Origin: an uncultured Candidatus Saccharibacteria bacterium
GTDB lineage: Bacteria > Patescibacteriota > Minisyncoccia > Phycocordibacterales > EsbW-18
DNA length: 40,713 bases
Assembly: GCA_964634615.1 (NCBI GenBank)
Contig: CAZWLQ010000004.1
Coordinates: 730 to 41,442 of the forward strand
Reading direction: 5' to 3'
A program made the position numbers and the translations under genes. The notes under the pieces are model-generated. The model saw only the letters and a program-made list of their open reading frames with translations. It was not told the DNA's origin and did no database searches. Shown piece by piece: positions 1 through 8,844 of this stretch; the first letter of the stretch is position 1; each line of letters starts with the position of its first letter.

Positions 1-1
1 A

Positions 2-196
2 CCAAGACAAAATATTGAAGAAGGGTATATAGAGCAATCAAAGTGGGGAAGCGTAAAACGTTTCTTTTCCTTCTACTCGCAAGAAGAGTTTATTCAGCTG
101 CTTTCTCGGGCAGGATTTTCAATTCTTGAAACAGGCAATCTTGTCGAAGAGGATGGTACAAACTGGCTAACTTTCTTTGTTCAAAAACATGACTAA
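2..196 (+). CDS. C-terminal fragment of a class I SAM-dependent methyltransferase-like protein (5' end outside window)
   Basis: Frame 2 is open from the window edge to TAA 194-196. The tail ...RFFSFYSQEEFIQLLSRAGFSILETGNLVEEDGTNWLTFFVQKHD resembles the C-terminal end of small class I methyltransferases. Its stop overlaps the trmD ATG by 8 nt. Confidence 0.5.
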   Translation, partial: PRQNIEEGYIEQSKWGSVKRFFSFYSQEEFIQLLSRAGFSILETGNLVEEDGTNWLTFFVQKHD

Positions 197-836
197 AAAA
201 CCAACCTTCCACGTCATAACGTTATTTCCCGAACTGATTGAAAACTACACCGCGCACTCAATCATGAAGCGAGGAATCGAGAAGAAGCTTTTCTCTGTAA
301 AAGCGGTTAATCCTCGTGACTTTGCAGAAGATAAACACAACAAAGCGGATGACCGTCCGTATGGCGGTGGGCCGGGCATGGTTTTGAAGGCCGAGCCGAT
401 TCTCCGTGCGGTTGATTCGTTGAAGTTAGGAATAAAGAAAAAGAAGATACTCATCATGAGTCCGCGTGGAAAAACACTCACGAATGCCTACGCAAAAAAC
501 CTTGTTACTCGTTACTCCGATATCGTGCTAATAGCAGGACACTACGAAGGCATCGATGCACGCGTCAAAAAGATTTTGAAGGCAGAAGATGTTTCGGTTG
601 GTCCGTATGTGTTGACCGGAGGGGAAATGCCCGCGTTGATGATCATTGATGCAGCGGTACGAACAATTCCTGGCGTGCTCGGCACGCACGATTCACTCGA
701 AGAAAAACGCATTGCGTCGGGCGATGTGTATACACGACCAGAAACATTTATCTGGAAAAAGAAAAAATATACGGTTCCCGCAGTCCTCGCGTCCGGCAAT
801 CACGCGGAGATAGAAAAATGGAGGAGGGGTAAGTAG
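189..836 (+). CDS. trmD: tRNA (guanine37-N1)-methyltransferase TrmD
   Basis: ORF 177..836; the ATG at 189 is preferred (MTKKPTFHVITLFPE). Family-typical motifs HVITLFPE, DDRPYGGGPGMVL, IAGHYEGIDARV, LTGGE and ASGNHAEIEKWR are present. Confidence 0.95.
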   Translation: MTKKPTFHVITLFPELIENYTAHSIMKRGIEKKLFSVKAVNPRDFAEDKHNKADDRPYGGGPGMVLKAEPILRAVDSLKLGIKKKKILIMSPRGKTLTNAYAKNLVTRYSDIVLIAGHYEGIDARVKKILKAEDVSVGPYVLTGGEMPALMIIDAAVRTIPGVLGTHDSLEEKRIASGDVYTRPETFIWKKKKYTVPAVLASGNHAEIEKWRRGK

Positions 837-862
837 GAATTGCCCCCAAGTTACTCTATATA

Positions 863-891
863 TTGACAATATCTTCATATCGATGTATTTT
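863..891 (+). promoter_or_regulatory. sigma70-type promoter candidate for the orphan ORF
   Basis: TTGACA (863-868), 17-nt spacer, TATTTT (886-891). The predicted +1 near 898 gives a roughly 75-nt leader to the ATG at 975. Confidence 0.4.
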
Positions 892-974
892 CATCGAAGT
901 GCCGGCAACTTTTGAGTACAGGCATGCGAGTCCCGGTACGCTCGCGGGTCCTTGCTCAACGAAAGGGGTATGTG

Positions 975-1331
975 ATGGGAAGGGTCAAGCTTGAGAGTTT
1001 TGAGGCGACGTTGGAATTGGAAGACTTGCCGATCTATTTGACCGAGGTGAGATGCAGGTGGAGACCCGATGGGGACGAAGTGTTCCAAGAGTGGGTGGTT
1101 TTCATGCAAACCACTTCGAAGGACATCTCGCTCGGCCTCAGTCGGCTCTCTCTGGAAACGCGCGCAACATTGGCCGAAATCTTCGTAAGGCGCGGCCGGA
1201 CAAAGGAGCCACGAGATCGCTGCTTCATCGTCGGCGTCACGGTCAGTCCGAATGAGAAGCGTCATCTTCTCTGCTCCGTGCTGGTCGAAGAGAAGAAGAA
1301 GTTGATTTTCGTTCACCTCTCTACACGCTAG
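975..1331 (+). CDS. hypothetical small protein (118 aa), no recognisable family
   Basis: ORF 912..1331. The ATG at 975 lies 6 nt after GGGG (965-968, in gaaaggggta). G-rich first codon positions are coding-like. A promoter lies upstream and an intrinsic terminator downstream. AGG/AGA/CGG/TTG codon use is unlike the neighbouring core genes. The opposite strand is also open (891..1316), so coding status is not certain. Confidence 0.5.
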   Translation: MGRVKLESFEATLELEDLPIYLTEVRCRWRPDGDEVFQEWVVFMQTTSKDISLGLSRLSLETRATLAEIFVRRGRTKEPRDRCFIVGVTVSPNEKRHLLCSVLVEEKKKLIFVHLSTR

Positions 1332-1350
1332 CCCACCACGCCTGTTCTTC

Positions 1351-1388
1351 GCCCGCCTTCCCGATGTTCTGGGTCGGCGGGTTTCTTC
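1351..1388 (+). terminator. rho-independent terminator
   Basis: CCCGCC (1352-1357) pairs with GGCGGG (1376-1381), with an inner CCC/GGG helix (1360-1362 with 1371-1373). It is followed by TTTCTTCAT. It is T-rich on the + strand only. Confidence 0.6.
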
Positions 1389-1513
1389 ATGTATGTTTTT
1401 TAAACAAAATTCTCTAATTATTTTTTTTCCGTATCCAACATTAAGAGCAAACTATGATTCTCGAAAGACTCGCGGAGCACGTTCTTGTTTTTGTATCTAA
1501 CCTTAAGAGTGAG

Positions 1514-1605
1514 CCATACTTATCAAAAGACTCACGGAGTCCGATGAGGACGAGTGGGAATGACCCGCGAGCACGCGGGTACATGTTCTTTTGATAAGTC
1601 AATGG
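1514..1605 (+). other. compact structured element: 17-bp interrupted helix enclosing two small hairpins
   Basis: CCATACTTATCAAAAGA (1514-1530) pairs with TCTTTTGATAAGT-ca-ATGG (1587-1605). Inside are GUCC/GGAC (1539-1542 with 1547-1550) and ACCCGCG-agca-CGCGGGT (1563-1580). It lies upstream of the rpoB promoter, so strand and transcript are unknown. Confidence 0.3.
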
Positions 1606-1641
1606 CGAGCGACCACTTATCCACACGATACAAAACGGGTA

Positions 1642-1669
1642 TTGACCTTTGTAAAGAAACCCGTATACT
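1642..1669 (+). promoter_or_regulatory. sigma70-type promoter candidate for rpoBC
   Basis: TTGACC (1642-1647), 16-nt spacer, TATACT (1664-1669). It is bracketed by a 6-bp inverted repeat, ACGGGT (1635-1640) and ACCCGT (1659-1664). Confidence 0.45.
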
Positions 1670-1873
1670 GACCCCTATAAAAGGGGGAGAGTGAGTTACG
1701 CCTGAATCCCATTTTTTCGGTCATTATTCAGGGGTTTTTAAATAATCAATACACGCTTGCTAGAGGGGTACTAGCAATAAAAGGGGATTCGATACGGCGC
1801 CTTACATTTGTAAGGGGTAGGCACGGTGTCGTTTTGTCTTTGTACCTGCTCGTGAAGCGTCTTGACGATCACT

Positions 1874-4800
1874 ATGAAGCAAAAGTATTTTGCGAAGTAC
1901 AGCGCACCACTTGCCGCACTCCCAAATCTCACGGAGGCGCAGCTGACCTCGTTCCGGTGGCTCATGGAAAAAGGCGCAAAAGATCTCTTCAAAGAATTCT
2001 CGCCAATCACTGACTACTCAAACAAGAAGTTTGAGCTCCATATCACGGATGTGGCCTTCACCGAGCCAACGTTCGATGAACACTTTGCAAAGGAAAACAA
2101 GAAGAGCTATGAGATCCAACTCAAGGCTCGTGTAAAACTCGTCAACAAAACCCTCGGAACCGAAAAAGAGCAGGAAATCTTTCTTGCTGATTTTCCTGTC
2201 CAGACCGACCACGGAACATTCGTCATCAACGGTGTCGAGCGTGTTATCGTGCCACAACTCATTCGCTCATTCGGCGTACTCTTCTCCTCAGCTGAATTCA
2301 AAGGAAAGGAATACTTCGGCGCAAAGGTAATTCCAAGCCGTGGCGCATGGGTTGAAATCGAGACCGAGCCAAACAAGACTCTCCAGGTTCGCATCGACCG
2401 CAAACGAAAATTCCCTGTGACCGAACTCCTCCGTGTCCTTGGTGCACCGACCGACGACGATGTGAAAGCTCTTTTCAAGGGAAATGCAGCAGCGATTGAA
2501 TACATTGAGAAGACGCTTGCAGTTGACCCTGTGCACACTGCGGACGAATCATTTGTTGAGGTCCACAAGAAACTTCGTGATGGTGAACTTGCAACGGTTG
2601 AGAACGCACGCGAGTTCGTTGGTTCTATTTTCAACAACGAGCGCTACGACCTTTCAGAGGTTGGCCGTTTCCGTTTCAATCAGCGCTTTGGTGGCGAGGT
2701 TGATAAAAAATCTCTCCAGGCACGAACGCTCACACTTTCTGACATTGTCACGATTGTGAATCACATTGTGCTCTTGAACGTCACCCCAGGTTCAGAAGCC
2801 GACGACGTTGACGATCTCTCAAGCCGTCGTGTTCGCTATGTTGGTGAGATGCTTCAGCAGAAGATGCGTGTCGGTCTTGCTCGTATGAAGCGAAACATTC
2901 AGGACCGCATGTCGATTATCGAAGCGGACACCACGCTTCCGATGGCGATTGTGAACCCACGTCCGCTCCAAGCGCAAATCAAAGAATTTTACAGCACCAA
3001 CCAGCTTTCACAGTTCATGAGCCAGGAGAACGTGCTTTCAGAAATGGAGCACCTCCGCACGCTTTCAGCCCTTGGACCGGGTGGTTTGTCACGTGAACGC
3101 GCAGGTTTCGAAGTTCGTGACGTGCACGTATCGCACTACGGACGTCTTTGCCCTATTCACACACCAGAAGGTCCAAACATCGGTCTCATTCTCCACCTTG
3201 CGACACACGCGCGCTTGAACGACTTCGGCATTATCGAGACGCCATACGCAAAGGTTGAGAACGGCGTTATCACGAAAGAAATCGTCTATTTGAATGCAAA
3301 AGAAGAAGACAACTACAAGATTGCGCACGCAGCAACCGCGCACGACGATAATGGCAAGATCACCGAAACTCGTGTTGAGGTTCGTGTGAAGGGTCGTCCG
3401 GGCGTTATTTCTCCAAAGGAAGTTGATTTGATCGACGTTGCCTCAAACCAGGCCTACTCAATCGCAACATCATTGATTCCATTCTTGAACCACGACGACG
3501 CGAACCGAGCGCTCATGGGTTCAAACATGCAGAAGCAGGCAGTGCCGTGTGTTCGTCCAGAAGCACCAGTGGTTGCAACCGGTATCGAAGAGCGCGCCGC
3601 AAAGGACTCGGGACGCTTGGTCTACGCTCGTGAAGCGGGAACCGTCAAGAGTGTTGATGCACGAGCAATCGTGATTGAAAACAGCAAGGGTAAGAAAGAT
3701 GAGTACAAACTCATCAACTTTTCTCGAACGAACGGCTTTACCGCTTTCCACCAGCGTCCGGTTGTTTCAGTTGGCGACGCAATCAAGAAGGGGGAATTGC
3801 TCGCAGACACCTCAACATCGGTTGATGGACAGTTGGCGCTTGGACAAAACCTCCTGGTCGCCTTCATGTCATGGTCTGGTAACAACTTTGAAGACGCCAT
3901 CATCATTTCTGAACGATTGGTTCGCGAGAACTACCTTTCATCGATTCACATCGAAGAATTCGCCGTGAACGTTCGTGACACCAAGCTTGGGCCTGAAGTC
4001 ACCACAAACGACATTCCAAACGTCGGTGAATCGAAACTCCGCAACCTCGACGAAGAAGGAATCATCCGCATTGGTTCTGAAGTCCGTCCGGGAGATATCT
4101 TGGTTGGAAAGATTACGCCAAAAGGTGAATCACAATTGACTCCTGAAGAGCGCTTGCTCCGCTCAATCTTTGGTGACAAGGCACGCGACGTGAAAGACAC
4201 CAGCTTGCGCATGGAAGGAGGAAAGCGCGGCCGCATCATCGGTGTAAAAGTATTCTCACGCGAAAATGGTGACCAGCTTGAGAGCGGTATCATCAAGAAG
4301 ATTTACATCGAAGTCGCACAGCTCCGAAACATTTCAGTCGGTGACAAGCTCGCAGGACGACACGGTAACAAGGGTGTTATTTCACGCGTCGTTCCGATGG
4401 AAGACATGCCACGCATGGAAGACGGTACTCCGGTTGACGTTATTTTGACGCCACTTGGTGTGCCATCACGTATGAACCTCGGACAGATCCTCGAACTCCA
4501 CTTGGGACTTGCCGCAAAGACCATGAACTACCAAGCGGTCGTTCCTCCATTTGCAGGTGCGTCAGAAAAAGAAATCAAAGAGGAATTGAAGAATGCAGGG
4601 TTCTCAGAATCAGGAAAGATGAAGCTCTACGATGGTCGCACTGGCGAAGCGTTCGAGCAGGATATCGCGGTTGGATACATGTACATCTTGAAGCTCGAAC
4701 ACATGGTGGAAGACAAGATCCACGTTCGTTCAATCGGGCCGTACTCATTGATTACACAACAGCCACTCGGTGGTAAGGCACAAAACGGTGGTCAGCGATT

Positions 4801-5044
4801 CGGTGAAATGGAAGTCTGGGCACTTCTCGGATACGGTGCTGCGTACACGCTCCGTGAAATGCTCACCGTGAAATCTGACGACATCATGGGTCGTTCAGCA
4901 ACCTTTGATGCGATCGTTCGTGGTGCACGCATGAAGCAATCGAATACCCCGGCATCGTTCAACGTGCTTTTGCACTACATGCGCGGTCTTTCTCTTGACG
5001 TTGATTTGAAACCAGCCGAGATCGTTAAACCCGAGACCAAATAA
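1874..5044 (+). CDS. rpoB: DNA-directed RNA polymerase subunit beta
   Basis: ORF 1862..5044; the ATG at 1874 is preferred (MKQKYFAKY). Contains GPGGLSRERAGFEVRDVH, NRALMGSNMQKQAVP, GRHGNKGV and GGQRFGEMEVWAL. It is a compact form of about 1056 aa. Confidence 0.97.
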   Translation: MKQKYFAKYSAPLAALPNLTEAQLTSFRWLMEKGAKDLFKEFSPITDYSNKKFELHITDVAFTEPTFDEHFAKENKKSYEIQLKARVKLVNKTLGTEKEQEIFLADFPVQTDHGTFVINGVERVIVPQLIRSFGVLFSSAEFKGKEYFGAKVIPSRGAWVEIETEPNKTLQVRIDRKRKFPVTELLRVLGAPTDDDVKALFKGNAAAIEYIEKTLAVDPVHTADESFVEVHKKLRDGELATVENAREFVGSIFNNERYDLSEVGRFRFNQRFGGEVDKKSLQARTLTLSDIVTIVNHIVLLNVTPGSEADDVDDLSSRRVRYVGEMLQQKMRVGLARMKRNIQDRMSIIEADTTLPMAIVNPRPLQAQIKEFYSTNQLSQFMSQENVLSEMEHLRTLSALGPGGLSRERAGFEVRDVHVSHYGRLCPIHTPEGPNIGLILHLATHARLNDFGIIETPYAKVENGVITKEIVYLNAKEEDNYKIAHAATAHDDNGKITETRVEVRVKGRPGVISPKEVDLIDVASNQAYSIATSLIPFLNHDDANRALMGSNMQKQAVPCVRPEAPVVATGIEERAAKDSGRLVYAREAGTVKSVDARAIVIENSKGKKDEYKLINFSRTNGFTAFHQRPVVSVGDAIKKGELLADTSTSVDGQLALGQNLLVAFMSWSGNNFEDAIIISERLVRENYLSSIHIEEFAVNVRDTKLGPEVTTNDIPNVGESKLRNLDEEGIIRIGSEVRPGDILVGKITPKGESQLTPEERLLRSIFGDKARDVKDTSLRMEGGKRGRIIGVKVFSRENGDQLESGIIKKIYIEVAQLRNISVGDKLAGRHGNKGVISRVVPMEDMPRMEDGTPVDVILTPLGVPSRMNLGQILELHLGLAAKTMNYQAVVPPFAGASEKEIKEELKNAGFSESGKMKLYDGRTGEAFEQDIAVGYMYILKLEHMVEDKIHVRSIGPYSLITQQPLGGKAQNGGQRFGEMEVWALLGYGAAYTLREMLTVKSDDIMGRSATFDAIVRGARMKQSNTPASFNVLLHYMRGLSLDVDLKPAEIVKPETK

Positions 5045-5055
5045 CCATTCATTAT

Positions 5056-8000
5056 ATGCAACGAAACATCCCACAAGCAGCATCTGACTTCTCGGCGGTC
5101 TCTCTGAAGATTGCGAGCCCGGAGCGTATTCTCGAATGGTCATTCGGTGAGGTCACCAAGCCAGAAACAATCAACTACCGAACACAGCGTTCTGAAAAGA
5201 ACGGTCTCTTTGATGAGCGCATCTTTGGACCAGAGCGCGACTTCGAATGTTACTGTGGCAAATACAAAGGTATTCGTTACAAAGGCATCGTCTGTGAGAA
5301 GTGTGGCGTTGAAATCACACGCTCAATTGTCCGTCGCGAACGCATGGGTCACCTTGCGCTTGCGATTCCTGTTTCGCACATCTGGTTTCTTCGAAACGTT
5401 CCATCACGCATGGGGCTTATTCTCGATGTCACCGGACAAGACTTGGAAAAGGTCATCTACTTCGCTGGCTACATCGTCACCTCGGTGAACGAAGGCGAGC
5501 GCGAACGATTGATTAAAGATTTGGATACTGAATATAAGACAAAGACAAAGTCACTCAAAGACGAGAAATCCCGCGAGAAATTCAAAGAAGTCTATCTTGC
5601 AACAAAGCGTGAAATCACCTCGATTGCACGCTACACCGTGCTTGATGAAGCGGTCTATGCAAAGTTCGCGATGAAGTACGGAACATTCTTCGAAGCGGGC
5701 ATTGGTGCTGAAGCGGTGTACGAACTCATGAAAGAGATTGACCTTGCAACGCTTGCAGACGAACTCGACGCGTTGGTTGAAGGGAAAGAAGGCGAGGAAA
5801 AAAAGAAACTCCGCAAGCGCCTCTCACTCATTCGCTCAATGGTTCGCTCAAAGATTCGTCCTGAATGGATGTTCTTGGTGAACATTCCCGTCATTCCTGC
5901 AGCGCTTCGTCCGATGGTCGCACTTGAAGGAGGTCGCCACGCAACATCCGACTTGAACGACCTCTATCGTCGCGTCATCAACCGCAACAACCGTTTGAAG
6001 AAACTGATCGAAATCAAAGCTCCTGCAGTGATTCTCCGAAACGAAAAGCGTATTTTGCAAGAAGCGGTTGACGCGCTCATCGACAACTCGATGCGTCACC
6101 CAGGTGGCACCGCACTCTCACAAGCACAGCGCCGACCGCTCAAATCTCTCGCCGACAACTTGAAGGGTAAGCAGGGTATTTTCCGTCAGAACCTTCTCGG
6201 TAAGCGTGTGGACTACTCCGGTCGCTCGGTAATTGTGGTTGGACCATCACTCGCACTCGATGAGTGCGGTATGCCAAAGCACATGGCGCTCGAACTCTTC
6301 CGTCCATTTGTCATTTCAAAATTGATCTCACGCGGGTACGCATACAACATCCGTGGTGCAGGCCGACTGATCGAAGACGCAGGTCCTGAAGTATGGGAAA
6401 TCCTCGAAGAGGTGATTGAGAACAAGTACGTACTCTTGAACCGTGCTCCAACGCTTCACCGACTCTCAATTCAGGCGTTTCGTCCGATCCTCATCGAAGG
6501 AAACGCGCTCCAGGTGCACCCACTCGTTGTGCAGGCATACAACGCCGACTTCGACGGTGACCAGATGGCCGTCCACTTGCCACTTTCAGAAGAGGCACAG
6601 ATGGAAGCAAAAGAAATCATTGCGTCAAACAAGAACTTGCTCCGCCCAGGCGCAGGAACTCCTGTCATGTCAGTTGGTCACCAAGACATCGTGCTTGGTT
6701 CATACTGGATGACACGCCTTATTCCTGGTGAGAAGGGTGAGGGAGGAGTCTTCCGTAGCCCGAACGACGCGATTCTCGCCTACGACTTTAAGGCACTTTC
6801 TCCCCGCGCAAAGATTAAGGTGTACCCAACAGACAACCCGCGCTACGCCGCATTCAACGGTGAGGCATTTGAAACATCGGTTGGCCGTCTCCTCTTCAAC
6901 GCAAACCTTCCCGAAGAGTATGGCTTCATTAACAAAGAAATCACCAAGAAAGAAATGGCAGAATTGGTGAACAAGCTTATTGAAACACACACACCAGAAG
7001 AGATTGCAGTAATCCTTGACCGCATTAAGCACTTTGGGTTCACGTACTCAACGATGTCGGGAACAACCTTCGCGCTCTCTGAAGTTCCGAACCCTCCAAA
7101 GAAAGAAGCGTTGGTTGCTGCAGCACAGAAGAAAGTGGATGACATCACCAAACAGTATGAGGACGGTCTTCTCTCTGAAGAAGAACGCTTCCGTATGCAC
7201 ATCGAAGTCTGGCACGGTCTCCGAACCGACATGGAGAAGGACGTTAGTGAATCGCTCGATGAATCCGGTTCCCTCTACGTGATGTGGAAGTCGGGCGCTC
7301 GTGGCCAAATTGGTCAGCTCACAAACCTCGCCGGTTTGAAGGGTCTTATCGCTGGATCACAGGGTCGCACATTGGACTTCCCAATTCTTTCATCGTCAAA
7401 AGAAGGACTTTCACCAATCGAATACTTCATCACCACGAACGGCTCACGTAAGGGTCTCGGTGACACTGCGCTCAACACCGCGCAATCAGGATATCTCACA
7501 CGCCGTCTCTTCGATGTTGCGCAGGATGTTGTGGTTCTTGAAGAAGACTGTGGAACCAAAGAAGGCATTGAAATCACACCAAAAAACCTCGGGGGTATCG
7601 AAGTGCCACTTGCAAAAGGTATCGCTGGTCGTTGTATTGCAAAAGAGGTGAAGGACGCAGCGGGCACCGTTCTCGCAAAACGCAACGACTTCATTGATGA
7701 GCTTCGCGCGGCTGAACTTGAAGCGGCAGGTATCACAAGCGTACTCGTACGATCCCCAATGACCTGCGAGACATCACGAGGTGTTTGTAAGATGTGTTAT
7801 GGTCGCGACTTGGGAACCGGACGTATCGTTGAGCTTGGTGAAGCGGTTGGAACAATCGCAGCACAATCGATCGGTGAGCCTGCAACACAGCTCACAATGC
7901 GTACATTCCACGCCGGAGGTACCGCAGCGCTTGGTGGTGACATCGTCGCCGGTTTGCCTCGCGTGCAAGAAGTCTTTGAACGCCGCCCACCAAAGAATCC

Positions 8001-8727
8001 AGCAGTTATTTCTGAAACAGCGGGCATGGTGACCGAAGTCGTTGATAAGGGAACCGAGAAGTACATCAAAATCTTGCCTGCAATCGAAGATCGTAAAGAT
8101 AAAGATGGCGGTGTGCTAACCTACAGCGTCCACTATCGCCGAACCCCGTTGGTGAAAGTCGGAGAAGAAGTCACGAAGGGTCAGCTTCTCACGGACGGTT
8201 CAGCAGATATCACCGAGCTCTTCAAATATGCAACAAAAGAGCGAACCCAAGCGTATGTTATCGATGAAATCAGCAAAATCTATGAGCTTCAAGGTGCATC
8301 AGTTGCCCGCAAGCACATCGAAATCATCATCAAGCAGATGTTCTCTCGCGTGATGATTAAAGATCCAGGAGAAACAGAGCTCTCTCGCGGTGCGGTTATG
8401 GAAGTCTGGGACGCTCGCACGCTGAACGCAACAGCAAAGGAGAAGGACAAGAAGGAAGCAAAGTTCGCTCCGTTGGTGCTTGGTATCACGAACGTCGCAC
8501 TTTCACGAGCATCGTTCCTTTCAGCTGCATCATTCCAACACGTCAACAAGGTCTTGATCGACGCTGCGGTTCGTGGAAAGAAAGACAACCTCGTCGGGCT
8601 TAAGGAAAACATCATCATTGGCCGTTTGATTCCTGCGGGAACCGGCTTTCCAGGTAGTCCGAAGCACGAGATGATTAAAAATCTCCAATCGACGTTCAAG
8701 AACGACGATACGGAGGCGCAATTCTAG
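5056..8727 (+). CDS. rpoC: DNA-directed RNA polymerase subunit beta'
   Basis: 1223 aa. Zinc-binding CYCGKYKGIRYKGIVCEKCGVE, catalytic NADFDGDQMAVH, and the trigger-loop/bridge region are all recognisable. It starts 11 nt after rpoB. Confidence 0.97.
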   Translation: MQRNIPQAASDFSAVSLKIASPERILEWSFGEVTKPETINYRTQRSEKNGLFDERIFGPERDFECYCGKYKGIRYKGIVCEKCGVEITRSIVRRERMGHLALAIPVSHIWFLRNVPSRMGLILDVTGQDLEKVIYFAGYIVTSVNEGERERLIKDLDTEYKTKTKSLKDEKSREKFKEVYLATKREITSIARYTVLDEAVYAKFAMKYGTFFEAGIGAEAVYELMKEIDLATLADELDALVEGKEGEEKKKLRKRLSLIRSMVRSKIRPEWMFLVNIPVIPAALRPMVALEGGRHATSDLNDLYRRVINRNNRLKKLIEIKAPAVILRNEKRILQEAVDALIDNSMRHPGGTALSQAQRRPLKSLADNLKGKQGIFRQNLLGKRVDYSGRSVIVVGPSLALDECGMPKHMALELFRPFVISKLISRGYAYNIRGAGRLIEDAGPEVWEILEEVIENKYVLLNRAPTLHRLSIQAFRPILIEGNALQVHPLVVQAYNADFDGDQMAVHLPLSEEAQMEAKEIIASNKNLLRPGAGTPVMSVGHQDIVLGSYWMTRLIPGEKGEGGVFRSPNDAILAYDFKALSPRAKIKVYPTDNPRYAAFNGEAFETSVGRLLFNANLPEEYGFINKEITKKEMAELVNKLIETHTPEEIAVILDRIKHFGFTYSTMSGTTFALSEVPNPPKKEALVAAAQKKVDDITKQYEDGLLSEEERFRMHIEVWHGLRTDMEKDVSESLDESGSLYVMWKSGARGQIGQLTNLAGLKGLIAGSQGRTLDFPILSSSKEGLSPIEYFITTNGSRKGLGDTALNTAQSGYLTRRLFDVAQDVVVLEEDCGTKEGIEITPKNLGGIEVPLAKGIAGRCIAKEVKDAAGTVLAKRNDFIDELRAAELEAAGITSVLVRSPMTCETSRGVCKMCYGRDLGTGRIVELGEAVGTIAAQSIGEPATQLTMRTFHAGGTAALGGDIVAGLPRVQEVFERRPPKNPAVISETAGMVTEVVDKGTEKYIKILPAIEDRKDKDGGVLTYSVHYRRTPLVKVGEEVTKGQLLTDGSADITELFKYATKERTQAYVIDEISKIYELQGASVARKHIEIIIKQMFSRVMIKDPGETELSRGAVMEVWDARTLNATAKEKDKKEAKFAPLVLGITNVALSRASFLSAASFQHVNKVLIDAAVRGKKDNLVGLKENIIIGRLIPAGTGFPGSPKHEMIKNLQSTFKNDDTEAQF

Positions 8728-8740
8728 TTCCTATGTTGAA

Positions 8741-8821
8741 GACATGTCAAAAAACCGCAGCACACGAACGTGCTGCGGAGCATGTCGTGTAGAATCACCT
8801 GAGACATCTCTTCATCTCAGG
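8741..8821 (+). other. two tandem hairpins after rpoC, no U-tract
   Basis: GACATG...CATGTC (8741-8786) encloses CCGCAGCAC-acgaac-GTGCTGCGG (8755-8778). A second hairpin, CCTGAGA/TCTCAGG (8798-8804 with 8815-8821), follows. Neither is followed by a T-run. Confidence 0.4.
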
Positions 8822-8844
8822 GGGTAGACAAACAAAATCACACT

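Noticed and set aside
891-1316. 141-aa ORF on the - strand opposite the orphan 118-aa ORF
   Set aside because: It has a GTG start with no usable SD. The only terminator is functional on the + strand, and the promoter and SD-like GGGG support the + frame. It is most simply a shadow frame of a G1-rich coding strand.
1538-1562. Hammerhead-like string CCGAUGAGGACGAG...GGAAUGAC
   Set aside because: The core requires CUGAUGA and GAAA in defined positions. Here U4 is replaced and no proper stem II/III or cleavage triplet can be drawn.
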